A DNA stretch of 64,000 nt from Phormidium sp. (GCA_051013385.1 CP143273.1:416001-480000), one strand, 5' to 3'. Shown: positions 50,549 to 61,168, counted from the stretch's first letter. Translations and numbers: made by a program. Notes: a model not told the origin generated them from the letters alone.

Positions 50549-51505
50549 TTAACCCCGATCGTGCGGTGAGTCAAGGTCAATTATCGGCCCTTTGGGAACG
50601 ATGCGAGTCGGGTTAATTTTGTTGTGACTGATGTAATAATGCCGTTTAATGTGGTCAAGATTGCAAGTTTCCTTAACTCCGGGAATTTGGTAAAGTTCTT
50701 TCAGGTAATTCCAGAGGTTTGAATAATCCCAAATATGGCGTAAGTTGCATTTAAAATGACCGTAGTAAACCGGGTCGAAACGCAATAGAGTAGTGAACAT
50801 ACACCAGTCAGCTTCGGTGATTTGTTCGCCGCACAAATACCTTTGCTTTCCTAAAACTTCATTCCAATAATCGAGGGCGTTAAATAAATCGGTTAGTCCC
50901 TCTTCGTAAGCGGTTTGACTAGTGGCAAATCCAGCCCGATAAACGCCATTGTTAATTGGTTGGTAAATTTTGTCAATGGTTTGCTCAATTACTTCTCGCA
51001 AATTCTCAGGATAAAAATTCCCATCTGACTTAGCGAAATCCTGAAATTGGGTATCAAATATCTTGATTATTTCACGGGATTCGTTATTTACGATCGTCCC
51101 CGTTTGCTTATCCCAAAGTACGGGAACTGTTACTCGTCCCTCGTATTTTTCATCCCCCTTAAGATAGATTTGCCAGAGATAATCTGTACCATTAACAGTG
51201 TCGGGAATACATCCAGGTTCTTCGGAAAATTCCCAACTGTTTTGCTCAATTACTGGGTGTACAACTGAAAGACCAATTACATCTTCTAAACCTTTCAATT
51301 TCCGCATGATAGCGGTGCGATGCGCCCAAGGACAAGCCCAAGAAATATATAAATGATAACGTCCTGCTTCCGCTTTAAAACCGCTTGAACCATCAGCTGT
51401 AATTTGGTTGCGGAAAGTGGTTGCCGGACGAATAAATTTGCCATGAGAGTCTTCTTGTTCTCGTTCTGATACCCATCGACCGTCAGCGAGTAAACCCAAT
51501 CCCAT
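50549..51505 (-). CDS. Glutathionyl-hydroquinone reductase (YqjG/ECM4, Xi-class GST)
   Basis: RYHLYISWACPWAHR, TVPVLWDK, IVNNES, NNGVYRAGFA, HFKCN. Confidence 0.94.
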   Translation of the reverse strand: MGLGLLADGRWVSEREQEDSHGKFIRPATTFRNQITADGSSGFKAEAGRYHLYISWACPWAHRTAIMRKLKGLEDVIGLSVVHPVIEQNSWEFSEEPGCIPDTVNGTDYLWQIYLKGDEKYEGRVTVPVLWDKQTGTIVNNESREIIKIFDTQFQDFAKSDGNFYPENLREVIEQTIDKIYQPINNGVYRAGFATSQTAYEEGLTDLFNALDYWNEVLGKQRYLCGEQITEADWCMFTTLLRFDPVYYGHFKCNLRHIWDYSNLWNYLKELYQIPGVKETCNLDHIKRHYYISHNKINPTRIVPKGPIIDLDSPHDRG

Positions 51506-51519
51506 AATTAACTCCTTGT

Positions 51520-51696
51520 TTAGGATCGATCGTCCGAAGTTTTATTACCTGCGATCGCTTCTACTATACCCCAAACTGTCCACAGAAAAGCCGCTCCGAT
51601 CAGGAAAAGCATGATACCGCTTAAAGCACCAAAGGGATAAATCAGGAATAAGAGTAACAAAGCAAACAGTACTATTCGGATGATTGCGTTATTCAT
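51520..51696 (-). CDS. Small two-TM membrane protein (58 aa; not in the ORF track)
   Basis: MNNAIIRIVLFALLLLFLIYPFGALSGIMLFLIGAAFLWTVWGIVEAIAGNKTSDDRS; stop 14 nt before the GST ATG, with AGGAG between. Confidence 0.65.
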   Translation of the reverse strand: MNNAIIRIVLFALLLLFLIYPFGALSGIMLFLIGAAFLWTVWGIVEAIAGNKTSDDRS

Positions 51697-51893
51697 GGAT
51701 TTAATGTTTGTTAGATTACAAAGTTACTAATTCAGGGTATCTTGGTAGGGTTGGCGATCGTTTCCCCCTAAAAGATGATATTTTTTATTCGTTTGTTGTA
51801 ACGACTTCAGTGGTTTAATTTAAAATAAGGGAACACTAAAGTGTTCACAACGAACTGTGATATGATAAGTGGCGAATCTAAAAGCGAAGGATT

Positions 51894-52571
51894 ATGTTAG
51901 CTGCAATTTTATTTGACTTAGACGGAACCTTAGTAAATACTGACCCTTTGCATTTCCAAGCTTGGCAAGAAATGTTATTAACTCAGGGTATAGAAATTGA
52001 TACGGCATTCTACCAAACTCGGATTAGTGGGCGGTTAAATCCAATTATTATTCAAGATATATTACCTCATTTAACCTTAGAAGAAGGCGAAAAGTTTGCC
52101 GAAGACAAAGAAGCACGTTTCCGGGAACTAGCACCATCATTAAAACCTCTCGCCGGACTAGAAAAAATCCTTGAGTGGACAAAAGAACAGGGTTTAAAAA
52201 CTGGATTAGTCACCAATGCACCCCGCAAGAATGTAGATTTTATGATAGAAATTTTAGAGTTAGCAGAAATCTTTGATTCGGTGTTTGTAGCTGAAGAAGA
52301 TGTCACCGAAGGAAAACCCGATCCTGCTATCTATAAACTTGCTCTTGAACGGTTTAATATTACTCCAGAAAGAGCTTTAGCTTTTGAAGATTCTCCTTCC
52401 GGTATTTGTTCTGCCGTCGGTGCAGGAATTCGGACAATTGGTATTGCTTCTACTCACGATCCGCAAAGGCTTTATGATCTTGGTGCGTTTAAAGTTATCC
52501 CCGATTTTACCGATCTATCTTTGTGGAGTTTTTTAACTGAAGAAATGCAAATATTACCGGATAAAAGTTGA
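51894..52571 (+). CDS. HAD-IA family phosphatase
   Basis: LFDLDGTL, VTNA, GKPDP, FEDSPSG. Confidence 0.93.
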   Translation: MLAAILFDLDGTLVNTDPLHFQAWQEMLLTQGIEIDTAFYQTRISGRLNPIIIQDILPHLTLEEGEKFAEDKEARFRELAPSLKPLAGLEKILEWTKEQGLKTGLVTNAPRKNVDFMIEILELAEIFDSVFVAEEDVTEGKPDPAIYKLALERFNITPERALAFEDSPSGICSAVGAGIRTIGIASTHDPQRLYDLGAFKVIPDFTDLSLWSFLTEEMQILPDKS

Positions 52572-52615
52572 CTTAATACCAAAGAACTTTGATTTTTTTA
52601 CCACAGATCTCCACA

Positions 52616-52914
52616 GATGAAGTCCATAAGCATTGGGCAGAGTTATCGAATCGATATCACATCTGCGATACTTGTGGTTTTGAAATACCTCGCGATCAAG
52701 GTTCTGTGATGGTTATGTATAATGTTGCAACAAAGGCGCAACCGGGGTTTGGAACGAGCCTCGAAGACTGTGGATGCCTAAGCTCTACTAATTTGACCCG
52801 AAAGCGCAAGCATACTGGCTCAATGCGGCAACTTGGGCAGATGAAACGTCAAAAATCTTGCCGTGAGACGGATGGGATTTTAGAAACCGTCCGTCCATAC
52901 GGCGGGGTAGTTCA
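52616..52914 (+). pseudogene. tnpB: 3' remnant of a second, divergent tnpB with IS200/IS605 right end
   Basis: ELSNRYHICDTCGFEIPRD matches the TnpB Zn-finger/RuvC-III region; ends with bulged hairpin CCGTCCGT-CCAT-ACGGCGG and GGTAGTTCA. Confidence 0.68.
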
Positions 52915-52962
52915 TAATATCGTATATTCAAAAATGTTATCACGCTGCTATGAAAAGCACTC

Positions 52963-55605
52963 ATGCAAAATCGATCGCATTCTCTAAAAAAATTATCAAT
53001 TATCTTTCTCTGTAGCCTCATCTTAAGTTTATCGCTAGGTAACTTTTCCTTGACAACCGGGCAAGTAGAATGGGGAAAACCAGTAGTTGCTCAGTCTGTG
53101 GATGCTAAACAACAGGTACAGCGAGGTGTGGAATTATATCAAAGGGGAGAAATCGCAGCTGCGATCGCAAAATGGGAAACTGCCCTAAAATTATATCAAA
53201 GCAGCAATGACCGATCGGAACAAGCGATCGTTTTAGAAAATTTAGCTAGAGCTTATCCCCAAATTGGCAACCTTGATAAATCTCGCACTTATTGGGAACA
53301 AGTTGTTGCTATCTATCGCCAGTTGGGAAATTATCAACAAATGGGGCGATCGCTAACTGAATTAGCTCAATCTTACAGTAGTTTGGGGCAATCGAAAAGA
53401 GCGATCGCCATTTTATGTGGAGAATACAGAAGCGAGACTTGTAACAATAATAGTGCTTTAGAAATTGCCCGGAGTTTCAAAGATACTTTAGGAGAAGCAG
53501 CAGCTTTGGGGAGTTTAGGTAATGCTTATCTTAAGCGAGGTGAGTATGGAAGGGCGATCGCTAATTTAGAAAACAGCTTAAAAATTGCATTAGCAATTAA
53601 TAATCCTCTGTTTGTCGCTTCCTTACAAAATTACTTAGGAAATACTTACGTTAATCTGGCAATATTAAATTATAATCGAGCTAACTTAGCGCAAGTTAGA
53701 GGCGATCGGATAACCGCTAATCGATTTAAAGAAACAGCGAAAAACTATGATAACCAAGCTCTCAAGTATTTTACAGATACTTTAAAAATTGCTGAATCCC
53801 AAAATGATATTCAAGGACAAATACAAAGCATAATTAACTCAATCTTTGTCCATAATCGCAGTAGCTCATTTATGCTTGTTGATGATTTAAGACAACAAGC
53901 TATTGCATTATTAGAACGTTTACCAGACTCGCAAAATAAAGTTTATGCAGCCATTGAATTAGTTAGAACTCTCCAATCTGTCAACTTATTTGACGAAGAT
54001 TCCGATAGGATAAAATGCTTGACTTCTCAGCAAGAATTAACAGCGAAAAATTTACTGGAATCAGCAGTTTCCATTGCTCAAAATTTGAAAAATTATCGGG
54101 CTGAATCTTTTGCTTTAGGTGAATTAGGGCAGATTTATGAATGTCGCCAAGATTATCAAAAAGCGTTAGAATTAACTCAACAGGCACAGTTAGCTGCCGA
54201 TCAAGGATTGAATGCTAAAGACAGTCTTTTTCTTTGGGAATGGCAAGCAGGACGAATTTTTCAAGCTCAAAATAAACCAACAGAAGCTATTAATGCTTAT
54301 CAAAGAGCGGTGAACACATTAGAAGAGATTCGTAGCGATCTTATTACAAGTAATCGAGATTTGCAGTTTGATTTTCGCGATCGCATTAACCCCATTTACC
54401 GAGAATTAGCTAAACTAAGATTAAACCAAGCCAACTCCCAACTTATTGAACCTAACACTCGCACCAAACAAATAAGTTTTGCCTTGCGAACTATTGATTC
54501 GTTGAAACTAGCAGAACTGCAAAACTACTTTGGTAATGACTGTGTAATAGCACCAGCAAATCAAGATATAGCCGAAGCAAATATTAGCAGTGAAACAGCG
54601 ATTTTTAACTCAATTATTTTTCCCGAAGGCACAGCTATTATCGTCAGTTTTCCCAACGGAGAAAAGAAATTTACTTGGATAAACACAGACAGGAAAACTT
54701 TCCGCCAAACTATCAACGAATTTCGCAGAGGATTAGAAAGATTCCGCGACTTAGTTTACGATCCCAAACCCGCACAAAACCTATATGATTTAATCATCCG
54801 TCCTTTCGCCGCTGACTTGGAAAAAGCCCAAATTAAAACCTTAGTTTTTGTCCAAGATGGCATTTTACGCAGCATTCCAATGGCAGCACTTCATGATGGA
54901 AATAAATTTTTAGTCGAAAATTATGCCATTGCCACCACACCCACATTAAGCTTAACAAATCCGAGAATAGCAAAAGCGGAAAACCTGCGGGCATTAGCAG
55001 TAGGGTTAACAAAAGAAGCTACAATTGATGGGCGATTATTTCCAGCTTTAGCTAATGTCAGCACAGAAATCAATCAAATTCAAAGTCAGCTTACCGGAAG
55101 TAAATTGCTCTTGGATGAAAGTTTCACATATCAGAATTTAAAGCAAGAATTAAACACCACAATTTTCCCGATTATTCACATAGCTACTCATGGGGAATTT
55201 GGCAGCGTTCCCGAAGACACCTTTTTAGTCACCGGAAATAACGAAAAGCTCACCATTACCCAATTAGAAACTGCGATTCGTAACATGAAAATTAGCGATA
55301 CTGAAGTACTAGAATTACTAGCACTTACCGCTTGTCAAACCGCAGTAGGAGATGATAGAGCAGCACTTGGATTAGCTGGAGTTGCAGTACAAGCAGGAGT
55401 TCGCAGTGCCTTAGCATCTTTGTGGTTTATTAATGATGCCTCAACGGTTAAATTTGTCAATGAATTTTACCAAAATTGGCATCAAAAAGGATTAAGTAAA
55501 GTCGAAGCTTTGCAGGCGGCACAAAAAACCTTAATTTCCCAAGGAGGAGACTATGCTCATCCAGCATATTGGGCACCTTTCATCCTAATTGGTAATTGGT
55601 TGTAG
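52963..55605 (+). CDS. Secreted TPR-repeat CHAT-domain (caspase/HetF-like) protease
   Basis: N-terminal hydrophobic signal, TPRs, IIHIATHGEF and LTACQTA catalytic His/Cys, ASLW, HPAYWAPFILIGNWL. Confidence 0.94.
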   Translation: MQNRSHSLKKLSIIFLCSLILSLSLGNFSLTTGQVEWGKPVVAQSVDAKQQVQRGVELYQRGEIAAAIAKWETALKLYQSSNDRSEQAIVLENLARAYPQIGNLDKSRTYWEQVVAIYRQLGNYQQMGRSLTELAQSYSSLGQSKRAIAILCGEYRSETCNNNSALEIARSFKDTLGEAAALGSLGNAYLKRGEYGRAIANLENSLKIALAINNPLFVASLQNYLGNTYVNLAILNYNRANLAQVRGDRITANRFKETAKNYDNQALKYFTDTLKIAESQNDIQGQIQSIINSIFVHNRSSSFMLVDDLRQQAIALLERLPDSQNKVYAAIELVRTLQSVNLFDEDSDRIKCLTSQQELTAKNLLESAVSIAQNLKNYRAESFALGELGQIYECRQDYQKALELTQQAQLAADQGLNAKDSLFLWEWQAGRIFQAQNKPTEAINAYQRAVNTLEEIRSDLITSNRDLQFDFRDRINPIYRELAKLRLNQANSQLIEPNTRTKQISFALRTIDSLKLAELQNYFGNDCVIAPANQDIAEANISSETAIFNSIIFPEGTAIIVSFPNGEKKFTWINTDRKTFRQTINEFRRGLERFRDLVYDPKPAQNLYDLIIRPFAADLEKAQIKTLVFVQDGILRSIPMAALHDGNKFLVENYAIATTPTLSLTNPRIAKAENLRALAVGLTKEATIDGRLFPALANVSTEINQIQSQLTGSKLLLDESFTYQNLKQELNTTIFPIIHIATHGEFGSVPEDTFLVTGNNEKLTITQLETAIRNMKISDTEVLELLALTACQTAVGDDRAALGLAGVAVQAGVRSALASLWFINDASTVKFVNEFYQNWHQKGLSKVEALQAAQKTLISQGGDYAHPAYWAPFILIGNWL

Positions 55606-55611
55606 GAAATT

Positions 55612-55676
55612 GTAGGGACACGGCATGAAAGAGATAACGGTAGAAATTGCAAATATTAATGATGCCGTGTCCCTAC
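55612..55676. repeat. GTAG-type palindrome
   Basis: GTAGGGACACGGCAT...ATGCCGTGTCCCTAC. Confidence 0.78.
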
Positions 55677-56062
55677 CCCCACCAATAGACTTACCTTCTA
55701 CCCTCTTGTAGTTTTCGGAAATTGGATGAGGATAATTCAGTAATAGCTGTTTCTGAATTGGGCGTTAAACTTTGCAGAAAATGTAAATGATTTTAGCAAT
55801 TGTTCTTGGTTTAATGATTGGGGAAAATTGCTGGATTTTTGCTATGCTCAAATGTTTATTACTCTTATTAGGCATACTCTTAATCATAGCTTTTGCTCCA
55901 CCAGTTCAGCTTTACTTAATGAGATTAACAAGCAATAGTTTAGAAACCAGTAGAATTAAACCTGTCAGGCAAGCTATTCCCGGTGGGTCCGATTAGAATA
56001 TTTTTAATTCTCAAAAAACATTAGTAGCGGTATATTTGATAAAAAGCCATCTACCAAACCGA

Positions 56063-59000
56063 ATGAAACGCAACATTTCCTTATTCTACATCACCCAAAG
56101 CAGCGCCCTCTTAACATTATTAGCCGCCTACCCAGCAGCAGCACAAATTATCCCAGATGGGACAGTCAACACCACTGTTACACCAAATGGTAATATCAAT
56201 GTAATTGAAGGTGGAACCAGAGCAGGTAGTAATCTGTTTCACAGCTTTCAAGAGTTTTCCGTTCCTACTGGTAGGGAAGCATTTTTTAATAACGCTTTCG
56301 ATGTCCGAAATATATTTAGTCGAGTCACAGGTAAATTACCTTCTAATATTGATGGATTAATTCGTGCTAACGGAGTTGCTAACTTATTTTTACTTAATCC
56401 CAATGGAATCATCTTTGGGCCAAATGCCAGATTAAATATCGGTGGTTCATTTTTAGCCACTACTGCTAATAGTTTTAAGTTTGCTGATGGCACAGAATTT
56501 AGTGCTACCAATCCCCAAAATGTACCTTTACTGAGTATTAATGTACCCATTGGCTTGCAAATGGGTACAAATCCAGGCAATATAACAGTTAATGCAACTG
56601 GATTAAATCGTCCTTTGCCAGTAGAAGGAGAAACACTTGAACAAAGAGCCGCTAGAGGAATTGCATTTGAAGAAGAAGTTCTCAACAATCTCCAAGGATT
56701 GCAAGTACAACCAGGAAAAACTATAGCCTTAGTCGGGGGAAATTTAACCTTTAATGGTGGATTAGTTACAGTTAGGCAAGGACGAATTGAAATCGGAAGC
56801 GTTAATTCCGGTGTAGTCAGTTTAAATCCCACAGAAACCGGATTGGTTTTGGGATATGAAAATATTTCCAACTTTGGTGAAATTCAAATGTCGCAGTCAT
56901 CTGCGGTAGCAGCATCAGGAGAAGGTGCGGGAGAGGTTCGAGTTCGTGGGGGAAAAATAACTCTTAATGAAATATCGAGTATTGGTGCAAATACAATAGG
57001 GAATGAAAATGGGAAAAGTGTCACTGTTGAAGCAGAACAGTTAAGTCTTTTTGGTGGTTCGTTTTTAGTTAGTGGTACGTTTAGTTCGGGTGATGCTGGG
57101 AATTTGATTGTTAAGGCAAAAGATTCAGTAGAAGTAAGTGGAATTTCTGCTGATGGAAACTTTCGCAGCGCTTTAGCAACTCAGACTAATAGTGCAGGAA
57201 ATGCGGGAGACATGACGATTCAAACTGGACGATTAATTATTCAGGATGGTGCATTTGTTTCAACTCGGACTTCCAGCAAAGGACAGGGAGGAAACTTAAC
57301 CGTTCGAGCTTCCCAAGAAGTAAAAGTGAGTGGCACTTCTGCCAATGGTAAAGCTATCAGTTTACTGACTTCTGGGTCTAATGGGTCGGGAAATTCTGGA
57401 GAGTTGAGAATTGAAACGGGAAAATTAATTATTCAAAATGGTGCAGAAGTCTCAAGTTTTACTTCTGGAGACGGTAAAGCGGGAAATTTATTTGTCAATG
57501 CCAGCGAAGAGGTACAAGTGAATGGCACTTCTGCCGATGGAAAATTTTCCAGTATCTTAACAACCTTAACCAATGGTGCGGGAAATGCGGGAGACATGAC
57601 GATTCAAACTGGACGGTTAACTCTCCGGGATGGCGCATTTGTTTCTACAGAAACTAGGGGAACTGGAAATGGCGGAAATTTGCTGGTACAAGCTAAAGAC
57701 TCTGTAGAAGTAGTAGGGACAAGACCCAATGGACTTTCAACCTTTTTATCAGCTGGAGTTGGTATAGGGGAAGGCTCCAGAGGGTCAGGTGGTAATCTAA
57801 TAATTGAGACGGGTACATTGAGCATTCGTGACGGAGGTAGAGTTTCTACAGAAACCTTGGGTCAAGGAAATGCAGGTAATCTGTTAGTGAAGGCAAGAGA
57901 TTTAGTCGAAGTGGTTGGAGAAGGACCAGTTACTCCTCAATTATCAGGCATATTTAGTAGCCTTAATTCCGATGTTTCCTCTGATGCTGTTGGTAATGGT
58001 GGAAATTTGACCATTGAAACTCAAAGGTTAAGTATCCGTGATGGGGGTCAAGTCTCAGTAAATCTCTATGGTCAAGGCAAAAGCGGAACGATTCAAGTAA
58101 GAGCCAGCGAACTGGTAGAAGTAGTTGGAGCCGGAAGAATTAGAAAGTCCCAAGAGGGTGAAAGTTTGAGATTACCTAGCAGCATTGCTGCTATTGTATT
58201 GGGAAACAACGTAGGTTCTGAAGGTAATATCAATATCGACACCCAGGTGTTGAGCCTCCGCGATGGTGGACAGGTTTCTGCCACTGTGTCTGGTAAAGGA
58301 GATGCAGGTAACATTCAAGTACAAGCCAGCGAAAGCGTGCAAATAGTCGGATTCGCAAGTTTTGGTAATGTTAGTAGCATTTCTACAAGTGTATTGGGAG
58401 ATGCAGTAGGTCAAGGCGGGGAAATCAAAATTAATACTAAGGTGTTAAGCCTCCGGGATGGGGGAAGTATATTTGCTGGTACTGCTGGTGTAGGAAACTC
58501 AGGCAATATTTACATTCGAGCGAAAGATAGTGTGGAAGTGAACGGAGGTACACCAGATAATCGGTTTAACAGTGCTATACTTGCTACCACTTTACCAGAA
58601 GCGACTGGGAATAGTGGAAAAATTACCATCGAAACTGGAAGGTTGCAACTTGCTGATGACTCTTTTATCTCAGTTTTCTCTAGTAATCAAGGACGAGGGG
58701 GAACGCTGACAGTAAGTGCCAGCGAGTCGGTGCAAATGAATAGTCGCAGTAGTCTATCGGCTACGGCTGGTGGTACTGGCGATGGGGGAGACATGATTAT
58801 TGAAACTAGACGATTGGTTATCCGGGATGGCTCACAAGTCAGTGTTGATACTCTGGGTTCGGGAAAAGCAGGTAATCTAACGGTGAAAGCCTCCGAAATA
58901 GAAATTGACCACGAAGATAATCAAAATCAAACTGGCTTGTTCGCTGGAAGCAATGGCGAGGCGACTGGGGATGCTGGAAATTTGAGCATAGAAGTTGGAC

Positions 59001-61009
59001 GGTTGGTTGTCCGAGATGGAGCACAGATACAGACAACTACTTTTGGCTCAGGAAAAGGAGGCAATTTAACAGTAATAGCAAAAGAGGTGGAACTGTCGGG
59101 TGTTTCATCTAAGCTTGCACCTGCTGGTTTGTTTGTTTCTACCAACGGTACTGGTGATGCTGGAAACTTGAGAATTCAAACTGAACGGTTAATTGTCCGG
59201 GATGGCGCACAAATACAAGCTGGTACTGATGATGCGGGAAAAGGTGGCAGTTTGACAGTAATAGCTAATGAAATAGAACTCCAAACAGGAAATACTAGTG
59301 GCTTGTTTACTTCTAGCGAGGGGACTGGAGATGCAGGAAATATAACCATTGAAGTTGGACGGTTAATTATCCGAGATGGGGCAGGAGTAGAGACTGGTAC
59401 TTTTGGTGCGGGAAAAGGTGGCAGTTTGACAGTGAGAGCCGATAAGATCTCACTTCAGGGTGTTTCTAGTAGCTTGTCTGTTGGTTCTCAAGGAACTGGT
59501 GATGCCGGAGACTTAACCATTGAAACTAAGCAATTGGCTGTCCGTGATGGCGCACAGATATCGGCTAGTACTTTTGATGTCGGAAATGCAGGTAATTTGA
59601 CAGTCAAAGCTGATGTAGTAGAGGTAATTGGAACATCAGCAGATGGTAATTATCCCAGTGGCTTGTTTGCCACAACTAGGGGAACTGGTGATGGTGGAAA
59701 CTTAAGCATTGAAACTAAGCAATTGACTGTTCAAAGTGGGGCGCAGATATCAGCTACTACTTTTGATGCGGGAAAAGGAGGCAGTTTGACGGTGAAAGCT
59801 GATGTAGTAGAAGTAATTGGAAGATCCAGTGGCTTGTTTGCTGGCACTCAGGGAACTGGTGACGCGGGAAACTTAACCATTGAGACTCAGCAATTGACTG
59901 TCCGTGATGGCGCACAAATACTAGCTGATGCTGATGATGCGGGAAAAGGAGGCAATTTGACAGTCAAAGCCGATATAGTTGAGGTGATTGGAAAATCAGC
60001 AGAGGGTGAGTATCCCAGTGGTTTGTCTGTTGGTACTGAAGGAACTGGCAATGCCGGAAATTTAACTATTAATGCTAGAAATTTGATTATCCGAGATTGG
60101 GCGCAGATAGGAGCTAGTACTTTCGGTGACGGAAAGGCAGGTGATTTGAAGATTACAGCCGAGTTGGTGGAATTGGCTGGAAAAGGTGCAAATGGTCGGT
60201 CTTCCGGCTTATTCGTTAGCAGTGAGGGGGCTGGCAATGCAGGAAACTTGACGATTAATACTGAACGGTTGATTGTGCGAGATGGAGCTACTGTTAGTGC
60301 TAGCAGTTTCGACACTGGGGCAGCTGGCAACTTGAAGGTGACAGCAAATTCTATTTTAATTGACAATGGGGGATTTTTAAGAGCTAGAACCACAGGAGGC
60401 TCTGAAGGGAATATTAACTTGCTTTCTTCTTCCTTAATCATGCGTCGTGGCAGTGAAATTTCTACTAATGCCACAGGTAAAGCTACAGGCGGCAATATTA
60501 TCATCAACACTGATGTTTTAGCTGCTTTAGAAAACAGCGACATTAGCGCCAATGCTGAAGATAGTTTTGGTGGGCGAGTTATTATCAATGCTCAAGGGAT
60601 TTTTGGTACTAAGTTTCGTCCTGATACCACTCCTGAAAGTGATATTACTGCTACTTCTAAACTTGGCCCTCAATTTAGTGGTATAGTACAAATTAATACT
60701 CCTGAAGTTGACCCAAATTCAGGATTGGTGAATTTCCCAGAAAATGCGGTTGATGTTTCGCGATTAGTTCCTAAAGGTTGTATTGCTAGAAGAAAGGAAA
60801 CTGGGACTTTTTATATTACTGGGAATGATGGTTTTCAATATCGTCCGGGGGATGGTTTGATGTCGCCTTTGCCTACTGGGGAAGTGCGTTCTATCCCGGA
60901 AGGTAACAGTTCTAGTAAGTCCCAAGTTAATGAGCAAATTATTGAGGCGCAAGGGGTTTATAAGTTGGAAAATGGTGAAATGGTTTTAGGTTGGGAATGT
61001 CCTGAGTAA
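56063..61009 (+). CDS. Filamentous haemagglutinin-like (TpsA-type) beta-helical exoprotein
   Basis: Signal peptide ending AAA-Q, TPS domain NLFHSFQEF / NIFSRVTG / NPNGIIFG, many G.AGNLTI.T..L...DG repeats, C-terminal EAQG. Confidence 0.93.
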   Translation: MKRNISLFYITQSSALLTLLAAYPAAAQIIPDGTVNTTVTPNGNINVIEGGTRAGSNLFHSFQEFSVPTGREAFFNNAFDVRNIFSRVTGKLPSNIDGLIRANGVANLFLLNPNGIIFGPNARLNIGGSFLATTANSFKFADGTEFSATNPQNVPLLSINVPIGLQMGTNPGNITVNATGLNRPLPVEGETLEQRAARGIAFEEEVLNNLQGLQVQPGKTIALVGGNLTFNGGLVTVRQGRIEIGSVNSGVVSLNPTETGLVLGYENISNFGEIQMSQSSAVAASGEGAGEVRVRGGKITLNEISSIGANTIGNENGKSVTVEAEQLSLFGGSFLVSGTFSSGDAGNLIVKAKDSVEVSGISADGNFRSALATQTNSAGNAGDMTIQTGRLIIQDGAFVSTRTSSKGQGGNLTVRASQEVKVSGTSANGKAISLLTSGSNGSGNSGELRIETGKLIIQNGAEVSSFTSGDGKAGNLFVNASEEVQVNGTSADGKFSSILTTLTNGAGNAGDMTIQTGRLTLRDGAFVSTETRGTGNGGNLLVQAKDSVEVVGTRPNGLSTFLSAGVGIGEGSRGSGGNLIIETGTLSIRDGGRVSTETLGQGNAGNLLVKARDLVEVVGEGPVTPQLSGIFSSLNSDVSSDAVGNGGNLTIETQRLSIRDGGQVSVNLYGQGKSGTIQVRASELVEVVGAGRIRKSQEGESLRLPSSIAAIVLGNNVGSEGNINIDTQVLSLRDGGQVSATVSGKGDAGNIQVQASESVQIVGFASFGNVSSISTSVLGDAVGQGGEIKINTKVLSLRDGGSIFAGTAGVGNSGNIYIRAKDSVEVNGGTPDNRFNSAILATTLPEATGNSGKITIETGRLQLADDSFISVFSSNQGRGGTLTVSASESVQMNSRSSLSATAGGTGDGGDMIIETRRLVIRDGSQVSVDTLGSGKAGNLTVKASEIEIDHEDNQNQTGLFAGSNGEATGDAGNLSIEVGRLVVRDGAQIQTTTFGSGKGGNLTVIAKEVELSGVSSKLAPAGLFVSTNGTGDAGNLRIQTERLIVRDGAQIQAGTDDAGKGGSLTVIANEIELQTGNTSGLFTSSEGTGDAGNITIEVGRLIIRDGAGVETGTFGAGKGGSLTVRADKISLQGVSSSLSVGSQGTGDAGDLTIETKQLAVRDGAQISASTFDVGNAGNLTVKADVVEVIGTSADGNYPSGLFATTRGTGDGGNLSIETKQLTVQSGAQISATTFDAGKGGSLTVKADVVEVIGRSSGLFAGTQGTGDAGNLTIETQQLTVRDGAQILADADDAGKGGNLTVKADIVEVIGKSAEGEYPSGLSVGTEGTGNAGNLTINARNLIIRDWAQIGASTFGDGKAGDLKITAELVELAGKGANGRSSGLFVSSEGAGNAGNLTINTERLIVRDGATVSASSFDTGAAGNLKVTANSILIDNGGFLRARTTGGSEGNINLLSSSLIMRRGSEISTNATGKATGGNIIINTDVLAALENSDISANAEDSFGGRVIINAQGIFGTKFRPDTTPESDITATSKLGPQFSGIVQINTPEVDPNSGLVNFPENAVDVSRLVPKGCIARRKETGTFYITGNDGFQYRPGDGLMSPLPTGEVRSIPEGNSSSKSQVNEQIIEAQGVYKLENGEMVLGWECPE

Positions 61010-61135
61010 ATTGCTGATGAAGTTTTCGGGAATTATCATTACTGATTTCTCTTATCGCATTTTCCTAATGAGGAAATTTAGGTTGCTGAAATTTTGATAG
61101 AAATTGAGCAAAATTGGCGCTATAGTTCAGTAAAC

Positions 61136-61168
61136 AGAAACCCGGTTTCTCGAAGAAACCGGGTTTCT
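61136..61168. repeat. AGAAACCCGGTTTCT palindromic repeat
   Basis: AGAAACCCGGTTTCT-cga-AGAAACCGGGTTTCT; related units at ~3942 and ~40980-41046. Confidence 0.72.

Noticed and set aside
52589..52987. 132-aa ORF as a functional gene
   Set aside because: TTG start without an RBS; it is a tnpB 3' fragment running through the element end into the CHAT start
55787..55996. 69-aa hydrophobic ORF between the CHAT and exoprotein genes
   Set aside because: No clear RBS or recognisable motif, and T-rich DNA gives hydrophobic ORFs by chance; not excluded, but unsupported
56248..60952. Long antisense ORFs inside the exoprotein gene (207 aa, 233 aa) and other nested short ORFs in the track
   Set aside because: Shadow frames of strongly biased, repetitive genes on the opposite strand
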